A stretch of 54,484 nucleotides of DNA, counting the filler, from Bipalium vagum (lineage: Eukaryota): the NCBI GenBank assembly GCA_037834085.1. It is 3 parts of 3 records of this genome, joined end to end, with 100 filler letters (N's around TTAATTAATTAA, not from the genome) between each part and the next. Parts side by side here need not be neighbours in the genome. Positions count along the whole stretch, not along the records: positions 1 to 16,880 come from JBBMKC010088898.1; positions 16,981 to 34,578 come from JBBMKC010059611.1; 1 more part is not named here. The stretch is one strand, 5' to 3'. The translations under genes were made by a program, and so were the position numbers. Shown here piece after piece: positions 13,700 through 26,818 of this stretch (its first letter is position 1; the number at the start of each line of letters is the position of its first letter). Under the pieces are notes generated by a model. That model did not search any database. It was not told the DNA's origin and was given only the letters and a program-made list of their open reading frames with translations.

Positions 13700-14440
13700 T
13701 TCAGTTCTTAGATTTTTTCCATCGTCTTTCTCAGCATGTAATTTTGCATTGTTTTACTGTAAATACATTGGTTTTACGTTGATCATTAAAGAAATTTCTT
13801 GATTAAAACCACAAATAATTCGTTTAAACTAGCACCGTATATATCCGCATTTATGACCTTTTCATTTGGAACAACTTCGAATTAAATCATGCCGCTGGAA
13901 TTCCACCAAACAGGCAATAAATCCTTTTCTGAGAACCTATTATACTTTGACAACACTTTTGAAATTTTACCTGAGCATAACCATTGCTTTCTATTGTCAA
14001 CAATTGAGAAATATATTCACTTTTCATCACAAGTGACGATTCCTCTAAAGGAACGTTCATCACAAGGACTTTCAATCAGTTCCAGAATATGTTTAACCTT
14101 TTTTTGACAGAATTTTGTAAACCATTTTTGGCATACCCGTTCGGTTCAGGCATCATCCCCGTATAAACGGCAAATTTTTTATGAACATCTGCAGCTCGTT
14201 TGCCTTTTTTAAAATAATATAAAGAAATGTGTCTAAAATGCACCATTTTATCTTCCATATTAGAATTTGAAATGTTGATTAAATAATGATATTATTTTAA
14301 CAATAATTGATTAATATATATCTTATGAAATACAAAATTGCTTATGCATCAAAATTTTGCTTCAAATTAATAAATTTTTTCGACATTAAGCAATTATTTC
14401 ATTTCATCTAAAAACCGAACGGACTTAATTGCCAACTCAA
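13700..14440 (-). mobile_element. Mariner transposon 5' half (frameshifted)
   Basis: TIR ttgagttggcaattaagtccg at about 14420-14440. ORF MEDKMVHFRHISLYYFKKGKRAADVHKK is a typical mariner N-terminal HTH. Confidence 0.8.
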
Positions 14441-15504
14441 TATATCAACTTTAAATTTCACTACATATAGTGTAAAAGAATACACAAGCTTTCGGTTCAC
14501 ACTAATAATATTCACAAAAATTGTAAATGTTGTTTAAATTGCTCAGTGATCTTATAACAAAAAACATCAGATATAAAACGTTTTATTTCCAGATAAAAAT
14601 ATTTTATTTTCAACTCATGTCATAAATCATCTCAAATGACTTAGATTTGGATTGAATATCAAATATGGAGTGTTTCTCCTCATTTCCTCAAAGTTTCGTT
14701 ATTTTTTGTTTAATCAGTTCTATATTTATCTAAAACTCATAATTCATAGATATGAAAAAGTTTCAAAAAGAATAAAAATATAACTTTTAGTCAATATATT
14801 TTATATTTGGTACGCCTCAAACCACTTTTTTGGGAAAAAAAATAATATTTTCATTTAGTTTATGACATGGTATATTCCGATGTTGACTTTTCCTTAATAA
14901 TTTGAAATTTTCCTGAAAATTTCAGAGAACTTCAAAATTATTAATTTTATAAAATTTATAATCAAAATTTAACATTTTTACATAATTCAGAGATCAAATT
15001 TTTCATTTACCTTAAACTAATAATTATGATCTGATTTTGAAAATTTTACAATTTTATAGAATTAATAAATTCTGAACTTTATTATTTTCATATTTTATTC
15101 GCCATTGTTGCTTCTATCGATGTCATTCTTTTTTTTTCATTTCCGATCATTATAATGATTTTTTTCTCACTTGGAACACGGTTTCTGTCTTTACTTCCTT
15201 TGAGAATTGTGCATTTAATTTATATTATTCCTCATGAAATATATTTGGGTTTCTTCCTGGTTTTTTCTCTGCAGTTGTGCATGCTAAACTTATGTATTCA
15301 CAGAAAAAGAATTCTCATATTTTTCTACTAATACTCTACGTTTTAAAACATACTTTGGTTAAGATCAGTTTTTATAAACTTATCGTAAAGTTAGTTTTTT
15401 GAGGTTCGCTTAAGTTACACTCTTTTTTCCATGATGAACCTCTACTAGCAACACAGCGCCGACCTACCCATGCGCCAACCACAGGACACATCGGGGATGT
15501 AAAT

Positions 15505-15890
15505 CAACAGAAAATTACTCAAGGAACGAAATAAAAAATAATCGGATGGTTCGAGATGCGGACTATATACTGGATATGATAATACATCCCAGTCTAGCTC
15601 CAATAATTTTAACAGATTTATCGCCATATACATCAGATAATTTCTTGTGCTCTTGTGTTGCTTTTCCCTTTATCTGAAGTAATGAAAAAAAAAGATTGCA
15701 ATAATGAAAATTATCATCTCTATTTTTTCAAATAATTGTAAATAAAAAATCTGAAGGATATTGATTTAAACAACGATTAATATATCAATATATAATAATT
15801 ATATTTAATTATATGAAAATTTGTCTACATAATTTTTTCACTAAATTAACACATACTAAAATACACAATTACTTAGTTGCCAACTCCAAA
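15505..15890 (-). mobile_element. Internally deleted mariner
   Basis: TIR-like ttggagttggcaactaagtaattg at about 15866-15889. LLELDWDVLSYPVYSPHLEPSDYFLFRSL matches YSPDLAPSDYHLFRSL. Confidence 0.8.
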
Positions 15891-16273
15891 ATTCAATTTA
15901 ACTTAATTAAATAAATATATTAAATAATTATTTAATGAAAATAACAAAATATTTATCAACTATCTAGAAAAGTGAAAATAAATATCAAATTAAATTGCTA
16001 TTATAATTTAATAAGTAACGAAATTATTTTAGATACTTTAGAGAATTTTTTTTACAATGTTTAATATTGAATTGAAAAATAAATAAATAATTCATTTGTC
16101 AAAACTTAGTTCCAGATTCAAAACAAATATTAATATACCTTAAAATATAAATAATTTTGTTGAAGCAACATTCATATTAAATTAATCTAAATATAAAAAT
16201 ATTTTTTTAAATTCTTTTTCTTAATAAAACAATAAAAATGAAAAATGAATTATTCTGTCAGAAGAAATCTAAC

Positions 16274-16417
16274 CTGTACAATAAATTGAATTTGTTTCAG
16301 AAAATTCTGCTCCGTCACCAAGAGTTCCCATATTGCCGACTGCTGCTGGTAAACCTCTTTGGAAACAGTGTTCTTCAAAAAAGATCCATCATTAAAAATT
16401 TTGATATTATAATTTAT
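16274..16417 (-). CDS. RhoGEF (PLEKHG5/6/7-like) exon, start of DH domain
   Basis: Translates INYNIKIFNDGSFLKNTVSKEVYQQQSAIWELLVTEQNFLKQIQFIVQ, resembling the QQxA(I/V)WELxxTE start of PLEKHG-type DH domains. GT donor at 16273-16272, phase 0. The acceptor (AG 16419-16418) is less certain and upstream exons were not identified. Confidence 0.8.
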
Positions 16418-16799
16418 CTTAATAACAATTAAATAATGGAACTTAAAAACTTTGGTTTTAATTTCCATATATAAATTTAAACAATAAACATATTCTTTCG
16501 TGCTACGAATAATAATTACATTCAGAGACAGAAGGAAGAGGAGGAGAAAGATTATAACGACATTGTAAAATTCTCTATTCGACGCCTGATTAAGTTTATT
16601 TAATTTCAAAATCAATAGTAAATTTCTGGAAAATATTTTCCGTTTAGAAAATTGTTTTAATGTTTCATTTCTGTATAAAATATTCTTTGAAGAACTTTTT
16701 CTGGGGAAATATATATTGATAATTTTAATATTATAATTAAATTAAATTTCAATTAAAATCACTTAAATGAACCAAATTACAATAGATATATTGATTTTT

Positions 16800-16880
16800 A
16801 TTATTATTATTTATTATTTATTATTTATTGTTTATTATTTATTATTTATTATTTATTATTTATTATTTATTATTTATTAT
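16800..16880. repeat. (TTATTTA)n tandem repeat abutting assembly gap
   Basis: Repeating ttattta units visible directly. Confidence 0.85.
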
Positions 16881-16980
16881 NNNNNNNNNNNNNNNNNNNN
16901 NNNNNNNNNNNNNNNNNNNNNNNNTTAATTAATTAANNNNNNNNNNNNNNNNNNNNNNNNNNNNNNNNNNNNNNNNNNNN
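16881..16980. other. Assembly gap with artificial TTAATTAATTAA six-frame-stop linker
   Basis: 100 nt block N44-ttaattaattaa-N44. An identical block occurs at 34579-34678. Confidence 0.95.
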
Positions 16981-19900
16981 CTTTTGCAATAATTCCTTTA
17001 AATCTCTCCTTTCAGATTTCTGTAAACTTTTATATTCTGAACTATTTAAAATTGTATTTCTCAACCCTTTTCCAAAATATGGATCGAAGTAAAGTCCAGC
17101 TTCAGTTGATACTTCTGTGGACGTTTTTGGTTTCAGCTTTTCCACTTCCATTTCTAATTTCTTTTATTCCAATTCGATCTTTTCTTTCTCTGCAGTATTT
17201 TTTGCTGCTTCTTTTGCTTTCTGAACAGTTGCTGCAATTCCTCCTGTAACTCCACCTGCTGCTCCTAAACCTGCAAATATTGCTCCAAGTATTGGAATGA
17301 TTGGAACTAAAAACCTTATATTTTTTCATCAGTTTCATTAATTTTATCTTTAATTTCATTTATTATTTTTAACTAAATATTATTTTCTCCATTGAAGGTT
17401 ATATGTTTTGGTTTTCCTATCTCAATTATATTTTGAAGGTTTTGTTCTGTAGTTTCGGACATCTATATTTTTTTAATTAAATTTGATTTTTTGAATTTTG
17501 GGATATTTTTCCCATGTTGGGATATTTCTCTAACCGTTCTCTATTCTTATATTCTCCTTCAAATTTTTATTTCTATTATTTTAAACTATCAATTGTTTTA
17601 ACAATACTTTTTATATTTCTGATAGTAAAGTCGTAAAATTTTTTTGATAAATTCTAATGTCTTGTTTGACCCTCAATAATTTTTTATAGAAATAATATTT
17701 TTCAAAATGGATTTTTGTGACTGGGAGGTAAAGAAATTATTTATTAGATAAAATCTGAAAAATAAAAAAACATATTTAGTGTGGTTAAAATCTAACATTG
17801 AAAAGTAGATAGTTTAAAAACTAGTTTTCTGTAAATCGTTTTCATAAAACCGTCCAAGAATTTTTTCTCTATTTACATCTATAATTCCATAAACAATTGA
17901 ACATAAAATAAATTTCATTTATAATAAAAATTTCATTTGTTCATTTAGCTCTATATCCTTTTTCAAATTTATTTTTATATTTAAAAATTCTTACATGACC
18001 TCCAATATGAAATTTAGTTTTTAGGTTTAAAATTTCAGAAGTTGAAATGGAAACTTTGTGCACCGAAAGTGCTAGAGCCGAAGACTGGTTTCCGAGAGGT
18101 TTCCTTGTATTTTCTTCTTTTTTATTTTTAGCTTTTCAAGGTGATTACTCGCTTCTTGAGGAGACATACTAATTGATGAATAATTTTTGTTATTATAAAA
18201 ATTAATTAAATTTGGTAAAAGATGTAACCATTTTCGATTTCCTTGTTCTGAAAATTTTTAAACATTAAAATTTTTAAAGTTATATTAAATTTCTCAATAA
18301 CAACTGCTTTTCCTTCATTCTCGGTTTAATAAATTTTTCATCTATAAATATCATCTTTGCTATTTAATTTTACTTTTAAAAAGTTTTTTTTTAAAAAGTT
18401 CATTTGCAGGTATTTTTGATTTTTCAGGAGTAAGAATTTTTGGTTTTTCATAGTTTTTCATTTGCAAGAGTCTTTGAAGATCTTTCTAATCCTAATCCTA
18501 AAGCGACCTTGCTCTTCATAATTAATTTTACTATTGCTCTTTCAAGTTTTCTCTTGGAGTTGGATTTTGAATATTGTTCATTTCATGAATCATTTCTACA
18601 TCTGAAACATGTCTCTTTAAAATCTGTTGAAATATATTTTACATCACGTTTCATTGCTGTTTGATAAACTCGATTTATTGGAATTGAATCACGTTTAGGA
18701 ATTAGAAGAATTGATATATTTTGACTTTCATTATAATTTTCTACTATTTCATTATAGTTTTCTACACGTTTATCAACATGTGTTCCAGGTCCCGTAAAAT
18801 TGTGTACTAGATTTGTTTTATTTAAATAATTTCCTCGGAAAAGCTGTGCGTAAGGAAGTTAAAAGAAAATTGAAACAAGAGTTTAAAAAGAGTATAAAGA
18901 GAAGATGCGAGCTTCGCTTATGAAATCCAAAAGATTTAGAAAAAATTAAATTAGTGAAATATTTTAATTTAAAAGCGGGTGATAATGATTTTAAAAAAAT
19001 TATTAGAAACAAAAAATAAATTTGAAACTTATCAATCAAATCTGTGGAAATCAGAAAAAGTTTAGCTTTAGATTTAGATACATTTCATAAACAAGTTACT
19101 GATGTGCTAAGCACAAAGACATTGTCTATTAAATTAGAGTATTAAACAGTCTTAAAAGATGAAAATCAACAAACTTTAGAAACCTAAAATAATCCTTGAA
19201 GAAAATATTTATCTGCTAAAACGCAGGTCATGATAATCTTGATCATTTCATTTTAAAAATATTAAATACATGTAAGTTAAAGCACAAAAAAGTATGACTG
19301 ATTTTATTGTGAAAAATTAAAGTTAAATTTGATATAGATTTTGATTAAAATATATATTGAAAAATGGAATCTTCTCTACAAAAATAGTAAATGTTTTATC
19401 TCAAAAATTTTCAACATCATTTATTGCAGAAAGTAAAGATTCAGATAAAACATTTAATTTAGATAAACTAAATCTTGATCCAAATTTTAACTATTCAAAA
19501 GGAAAAAAAGAATCTTGAAAGATAAAGATAACTCGAGGAACATATGAAATTTCTGATATATCTGCATATATTGATTCTATGTATATATCTATGTATTCTA
19601 AATCAACTACATACATATATCTAATATTGTTATTTTCTTCAGTTTTTTTCATAAATTAAATTTACATCTTCATACATTTTCCCTGTTGTTAAACATGTTG
19701 TCATACAACTAGAATATAAACTATTAGAATCATAATATTTTTAATATCTTTCTTTAAAGAAAAATTCATTCTTTTTAAAATAAGGATAAAAGGATTTCTT
19801 AGGTTTAAATTCATATAATTTTAAAATTTATTAGATTTTAATAAAGTTTCTCCCATAGCTTTAACAGAAATATTGGAACACATTCTTAAAGAATATAAAA

Positions 19901-20250
19901 ATCTTATATTCTTAAAAAAAAACTTAAATAATTTTCATCTGTATAATTTTATTTTTTATACCACATGGATATTTTGTCATTAATTCTTTGAAAAATATAT
20001 GAAAATTATACCCAGATCCATTATGAAAATAAAATGGACTAAAGAAATTTCTTACAGATTTATCCTTTATATTACAATTATTGTGAGCTGCTCCTCTATA
20101 TTTTCCATTTAAATTATCATGGTCTTTTATCTAAATAAAAATATAAATTCCAAGATTCAAGATTTCAAGATTTCCAAGATTTTTTGATTTATAATTATAT
20201 TTTTCAAATTTCATTCATTACAAAATAATTCATCTCTGGTTTCTGTCATT
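16981..20250. mobile_element. Decayed Polinton/Maverick (adintovirus-like) element, copy 1
   Basis: Minus strand: protein-X-like FLVPIIPILGAIFAGLGAAGGVTGG...GLYFDPYFGKGL (16981-17316); integrase C-terminal ENEGKAVVIEKFN and EKILGRFYENDLQK (17815-18410); PLA2-like HNFTGPGT...PIN...RHVSD (18480-18810); PolB KDHDNLNGKYRGAAHNNCN...FHNGSGYNFH and YDSNSLYSSCM (19640-20250). Plus strand: penton/minor-capsid-like KITRGTYEISDISAYI (about 19520-19575). Confidence 0.85.
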
Positions 20251-20379
20251 TTTATAATAATAAAATGTTTATTAATAAACCCAATTTGGTTTTTTAAAAA
20301 CATTTTTAAAAATTCTAAAAAATTAAAAAATTTAAAACTTGAAAAAAATATTCATGGGGTTTGGGTGTTTAAAAATTAA

Positions 20380-20860
20380 AACAAAATTTAGTTTATTCAA
20401 AATGTCTTTTTAAAGACAAAGATTTTATTTTTCAAGACGACAATGATCCATGCCACAGTGCAAAAAAAAGTTCAAAAATGGTTAGAAGACAATGATATTC
20501 AAAGATTGGGCTGACCTGCGCAGTCACTCTATCTTAATTCAATTGAAAATTTGTAGAAAGTGTTGGCAATATTATTTCTAAAAGGAAATCAAGGAATAAA
20601 AAAGATTTAAGTAAAGTATTATGTTATGCTAGGTATCATTGCAACACAGAACCGGAATTGAAGAAATTAGTAGGTTAAATGCCGAAACCATGTTAATTAA
20701 TAATAAAGAACAAGGGCTGGCCTATTAAATATTAAGAAAAGATGTTATTTTTCTATATTATTGTAAGCATTTGTAATAATAAAATTTGAATTTAAATTGC
20801 ATGTTAAAATAAAGCAAATATGTGTTTTTATTACTTTATCAAACTTTTATCCGGCTCAAA
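20380..20860 (+). mobile_element. Tc1-like (DD34E) transposon 3' remnant
   Basis: FQDDNDPCHSAK, then after a frameshift VQKWLEDNDIQRLG*PAQSLYLNSIENL* (cf. FQQDNDPKH...WPSQSPDLNPIENLW). Confidence 0.85.
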
Positions 20861-22722
20861 TTATTTATTTCTCGTTTAAGTTTTTATTATTAATTTTTGC
20901 TTTGTTCGTTTTTTATTAGTATTAACGTTAAACTTGATATTTATTTTATTGATAACGTTTTGGTTTTGATTTAGAAGTTGTAATAAAGTTTTATTTTAAG
21001 TATTTTGAATTGGTTCTTAAGGGTGCGGATACAGTATTGTGGAGGATGTTTTAAATTCAAAAAATTTGAGAGGAATTGCGAACACAACGAGTTATAAAAA
21101 GTGAGGAGTCATGAGCAGACGAGTACACGTTGCTACGTTTTAGTTGACAAAGATTGAACCCTACAAAGCTGCAAGCACTTGAGATAATCAAATTAGGAAT
21201 ATCAATCATGAACAAAAGTCTCGATGTACTTGTCCCTGCTGTCGTCTTAGATCCGTAATCAGCTGTCACTGCCAAATTTCCCCTTTCCATTTTTTCCGAA
21301 ATCAATAAGTTTTTAAATGAAAGATTGTTACATACACTTCCTTAGATAAGGAGAGTTGGGAAATACTATTATTGTTTCGCAGTTAAATTAGTTAATCAAG
21401 CTACAGCCAGAGTAGTCTGAGTACACCAAGAGATATATGCTTACAACTCTGATAAACATCACCACAAATATAGGTTATCCGGATAGATAAGAATTCATTT
21501 TTCGTCTCCAACTTTGTTGAATCATATCAGTCAAGCTAAATTTATATTTAAATTCCAAAATCTTAACTTGTTCTATAAAGGTTATTTGATTATTTCTTGA
21601 TTAATTTTATTAAATCTATAATGAATATGATTATATTGCAATTAAATTAAATGTTATTATAAATAAACTTGTGAAACTAAAGAACTAAGCATTTGAAAAC
21701 TATTGGGCTGTAAAGCTTCTTAAAACATAACTTAATAATAATAAAAAAAATTAAAGCTCTACAAATAAAATCAAAACAATCCATGGATAATTTTGGAACA
21801 AAATCCAATACGATGTAATTCCTATTGCCTAGAATTCATATAGTGAAAGTATTATAAATATTGATCATGTAACTATTGATGTCACACTTACAAAAACTGT
21901 ATTTTTCGATAAAATAAAACATTCAAAATCGATTGAGTAATAAAATCAATAATTTAAAAATAACATTTTAATTGTGGCATATATTTTAGAGTCATTGGGA
22001 TTCAGAGAGAATTAGAATATTGAGAGCATGCTGATTAAGGTTAACTCCAGTTAAACGTTTTGTAAACCAGATTAGAATTTTACTGACTAATCAATGTTTC
22101 ATCAAGTATTTTTTTATTAAATGTAAAGAAAATTATTGATTAAGAAAGTATAAATGTGAGTTAGGCTTTTTGACTTGGGCAATTCAAACCCTGAAATATT
22201 AAAATTTCCCAGCTAAAGTGACAGTTAGATTTCTAATTATGGGAAAACCAAAGAAAACAAAACATATCACTTATTCAATTATTTATTTTTCCTATACACA
22301 TGATTTTATAATAAAATAAAAATAGATAAATGCCTGAATGAAATAATTCAGTCATTTGTTAACGAAAGTTATAGATGATAAGCTCGATGACATTTTCCGC
22401 TTTTCGTTATACTGTTTTTGTAATAATTTCGAAGTACTACTTCTGTGTGCTATAAATGATTATTAAACTTAGAAATGTCTTAAAAACGGTTTAATCTGTT
22501 AATAAATATTGATTTTAATTATTGCTCACTGATTACCTGAAATAAAGATTTCAATTCATGAGACCAATAAACATCGTAAATAATTTGTAATTAAACATAA
22601 CTCAATATAAACTGCATTTAAATCAGAAATTAATACAAGATAAAATATTAAATCAATATAAAATTGATAATAAACCCATAATCAAATTTTTCTGATTCTC
22701 AAGGGTCAGTAACTTAAGCAAA

Positions 22723-23046
22723 TTAAACAATGACATCCAATAGATTTTTTTGCTTGTTCACGAAAATATTTTCTCCAACACAAGTCAAGGAATAAATATG
22801 ATGTTTGAAATAAACTAAATAATGAGTTATTTGAAATTTTATTTTCTACTAATAATTACTTTCAAAATTATGAAAACCTTTTGTATTTTTTAATAAAACT
22901 TGTAGCCGAAGAGCTATTGAAAAAAATTTTTTGCTTATATCTTCATCATTTTCTAAATCTCCACTGGAATATAAAATACCACCGGAAGAATTTATTATTA
23001 ATGTTCCACAACTGTTCGGAACTTTTAATTGTACAAAAGTTGACAT
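22723..23046 (-). CDS. LAMTOR4: Ragulator complex protein LAMTOR4 (92 aa, 2 exons)
   Basis: Exon 1 23046-22860, 45 nt phase-1 GT-AG intron 22859-22815, exon 2 22814-22723. SSGDLENDE signature, and C-terminus IYFKHHIYSLTCVGENIFVNKQKN parallels [24 protein letters not shown]. Confidence 0.92.
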
Positions 23047-24499
23047 AATTTAAAAATAGTATTCAACATATGATGAATAATAAAACAAATTTTAAAATTA
23101 TAATATTTAACATTATTATTTAATGAAATTTAAATTAATAAAAATTGAATTAATAACATTAAGAGTTTTAAATATTTAAATAAAAATTTTTCTTATCAAT
23201 ATGTAAATTATTTGTTTATTATTATAGAAATGCAATTTAACATAGCATTTCATAATAATTAGAAATTATTAATTGCTTCCGCTTAACATCTAATAACGAT
23301 CAAGAATGATTTGAATTTTTATTTATCACAGTTGGAGTCATATTTAATATTCTTTTAATTGATTTTTAGTTGTTCAGACTTTTACATCAATTTTAGGAAA
23401 ATTACGAAGGTAGGTTTTATAAATTAATTAAATTGAAACTTTATAATATTCATAAAAAGAAGAATTATGTAATTACAATTACAAAGTTAGTGTAAGTAAA
23501 ACTTTTTATTAAGATTTAGAAATTTTGATTATATAAAAATTATTACATTTTCATTATTTTTAATTTCAGTTTAATTTTTAAATATTCTTCATGAAATAAA
23601 AAAAATTACTTTGGTACTCTAAATAATCAATTATGTATGATTTTCTAAAGTGATCTTAATAATAATTCATTGTAATATACTCAAATTTTTGAAAAGATTT
23701 CTTAAGTTTTGAAAATTTTCAAGTTTAAGTTTAGATTGCCTATAAAACGTAGAGATTTTTATAATCCATTATTTAAATTTCATAATTAAAAATAAATTGA
23801 TATATATTTCATTTTTACATTGAAACATTTTCCATATTTTGTATTTTCAAATTTAAGTTAATTTTAATAAATGTAATAAATGAAACTAATAAAAATTAAA
23901 TAAATTTTAGGCTTATACATGATATATATAAATGAGTAATTGAGTATCATATAATATTTTTAACTGAAAGATTTTGATTAATTTTTAGAAATATTTTATA
24001 TATTATAAAACAATTTATATTAATTTATTTTCGTAAAATGAAATATCTAATAGAAAATTAAGACATTAAACATTAAAATACAACATTGTACTATCGTTTG
24101 ACTTTATTAAGATATTGTAATGTTTTCACAAAATGAATACCCTAATCTTTTATTGCAACGTTTATTGCCAATTGAGGTAAAGTCTTCTTATTTTTGAAAA
24201 AGTATTCTCCCCAAGATATTTTTAAATACTATCAAATGAGGTTGTTACTATTATTTTGTACATTTATTTACTTTTAACTTATTTAACGATAAACAAGTAA
24301 AAATCATCAGTTTTGGGAGCTCTTTATATGGAAACTCTCGACAAGTGATTCCCAAAGTAGTCGATGAAGACCTACAAGGGTCTACATGGGTTAAAAAAAT
24401 TGAAGGTCTATGAATTGAAATTGGGAGTCATAAATGGGAAGAATTTTTCAAAAATTGCAAAAATCAGTATAATTGATATCATTTTAATATATAAAAATA

Positions 24500-25498
24500 A
24501 TTATAAAAATATTAATATACTTTTATATTAATTTATTTTATGTTATATTCGTTACGTCAAAGCATTCAATGCTGGAATCGTCTACCAGTCGCTTTGCCAT
24601 CAAAAGAGAATTTAACCTAATAGAATTATCAAGTACGGATATTCGCTCGTTCTTATATATACGCACACAGCAAATCGCACTGATGCTAAGTTTCTTTCTC
24701 GGCAATAAAACTAACGTTATTTTGAGATCATTTGTCTTCGAAAGGAAAATATTTAATAATAATATAAACTGGTAATTAGGCATAGAAAATTAAAGTTAAT
24801 CAATATCATCTACAAGGTGACAGTTAAAACTTTATTAAAACAAAGTCGATCATTTCAGTGTTTCTTGCCAGATTTAAATTGATGAAGCAAAACATCGGGT
24901 GGGGTGCGAATTTTCCAAGTTTCCCAATTTGTCTCAGGTTAACCGCCAATCTATGTCCAGCATTTGAAAGCACTCCATTCAGATTTTGAAATTAGATTTG
25001 AGGATATTTTAACGCTTATAATACCGCAATGGATTATCAATCCATATGATGACAATGAATAAACGGATGTCACATTACAAGAAGAATTGATCGGAATAAG
25101 TAATAACGAAGAACTTAAGGTACAGTTCAGAAACGGATATCAACATTTCTGTCTTCAAAAAGACATACCTTTCACTTATCCCGTATTATGGAAAATCACG
25201 AAAGTTTTTAATTATTTTTCCGTAATGACAAATCTCATCAGAAAAAAGAAACAAACTGGAGACCATTAACGGAGAAGATTTGAGATTGAATCTAACTAAA
25301 TTGAAGCCAAATTTTGATAATTTGTTATTAAATCATCAAGTTCATCCATCCCATTCAACGAGTTTATTTTTTGCTTATTTCTTTTTATGTAACAAATACT
25401 ATAATATTTTAATTAATAATTATATTAAAATGTATTGTTTTTTTGTCTTTTCACATTATAGGAACTTGGCTACTAGTTGAAAGTTTGAGAACCTCTAG
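24500..25498 (+). mobile_element. hAT (Buster/Charlie, SCAND3/ZBED8-like) transposon remnant
   Basis: C-terminal DLRLNLTKLKPNFDNLLLNHQVHPSH, LWKITKVF, and a terminal aagtttgagaacctcta resembling Charlie-type ends. Multiple frameshifts. Confidence 0.75.
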
Positions 25499-26818
25499 AT
25501 CAATTCGGTTGATCTCTCCAAAAAACTTTAGAGTAAATTATAAAAGTTATAATTAGCTCCTAATGAGGCAAAAATCATACACAAACAGACCTTATATGAC
25601 CATCAAACAGTCAAATCATGCCATATTCAGAGCAACTCACTATGTCGATTTAATTAAGAGAATGGCAAACCCTCTAGTCCCGTGTATTAGATCATCTTCT
25701 CAATGAATCACAAAATACACATGAAATGTATTGAAAAAAAATCTAAATATCAATTGTTTTATGAGGAAAATTTCATTAAAACCTGTGATATATTCACCAT
25801 CATTCTCAATAAATTTCTGCCAATGTTCCATCAAAATTTTATATTCAAAATAATATACCACTTAGAATTATTTCTAATTAACATATTTTTTACAATAGAT
25901 TTCTGTATTAAGATTAGCATTTTTTATTTTCTTTGTTAATAATATTTAAACATAAAAATTTTCGGAAGGAAATAATTTCCAACTCTTTCAATTGATTACT
26001 TTGATGAGTTTGAATTGCTTAAACTTCCAGTTAAAATGATAAAGATAATAATTTAGACAGTTAATTTGACATATTAATTAAAGTATGTTTAAAGAGTGAA
26101 AAATATCGTGAAAGATTAAATTGAATAATATTCTTGAACGGGTATTACACAGAATGGAAAGATACAAGTTCCGAAAATCTTGTGATATATAATTCTGTCA
26201 TTATATTGATCACGTCTATGTTCTGAAACTATTGTTGATCGTTAGAGGTTTGGTGGCATTTACATTTTGACAATATTATATAAAGTTATTAAAATAATAT
26301 TTATTTTATTATAATTATTATTTTATTACGTATTATTTGAAAAAAACTGGCTTGTACCGAAGTTATAATAATACTTATTACAAAAATATCCTAATAAACA
26401 AAAGTACCACGTAGTCCTAATTATTCAAAATGCATTATTATATGAAATAATAAGCCTGAAAAATAAAAAATCATTTTTTTATTAACCAATAATTATTTAT
26501 TGACTTTTATTATTGTTTCTAAATTATGTTCTAAAGATTTAAATTTGTGCTATTACATTTAGTAAGACTTTCAAATTAAAATTGTATTTAAGTTTTTCTG
26601 ATATTTAGCATTAATGAACTGATATATTATATAAAGATTTTTCTATATATAATCTTCCTTTTAGGTGTACCAAAGATAAATTAAATCCACTAGTATGTAG
26701 TTCAATAAATACAATGCCTCATTTTCGTTTCTTAACACTTTAAATCTACATCTCAACTTAATTGTGATTATTTTTTTGTGAAAGATTTGGAAAAAAATTC
26801 ATTCCACTCAAGAAAACA

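Noticed and set aside
16925-16936. TTAATTAATTAA palindrome inside N runs (also 34623-34634)
   Set aside because: Scaffolding artefact giving stops in six frames. ORFs ending there are artificial.
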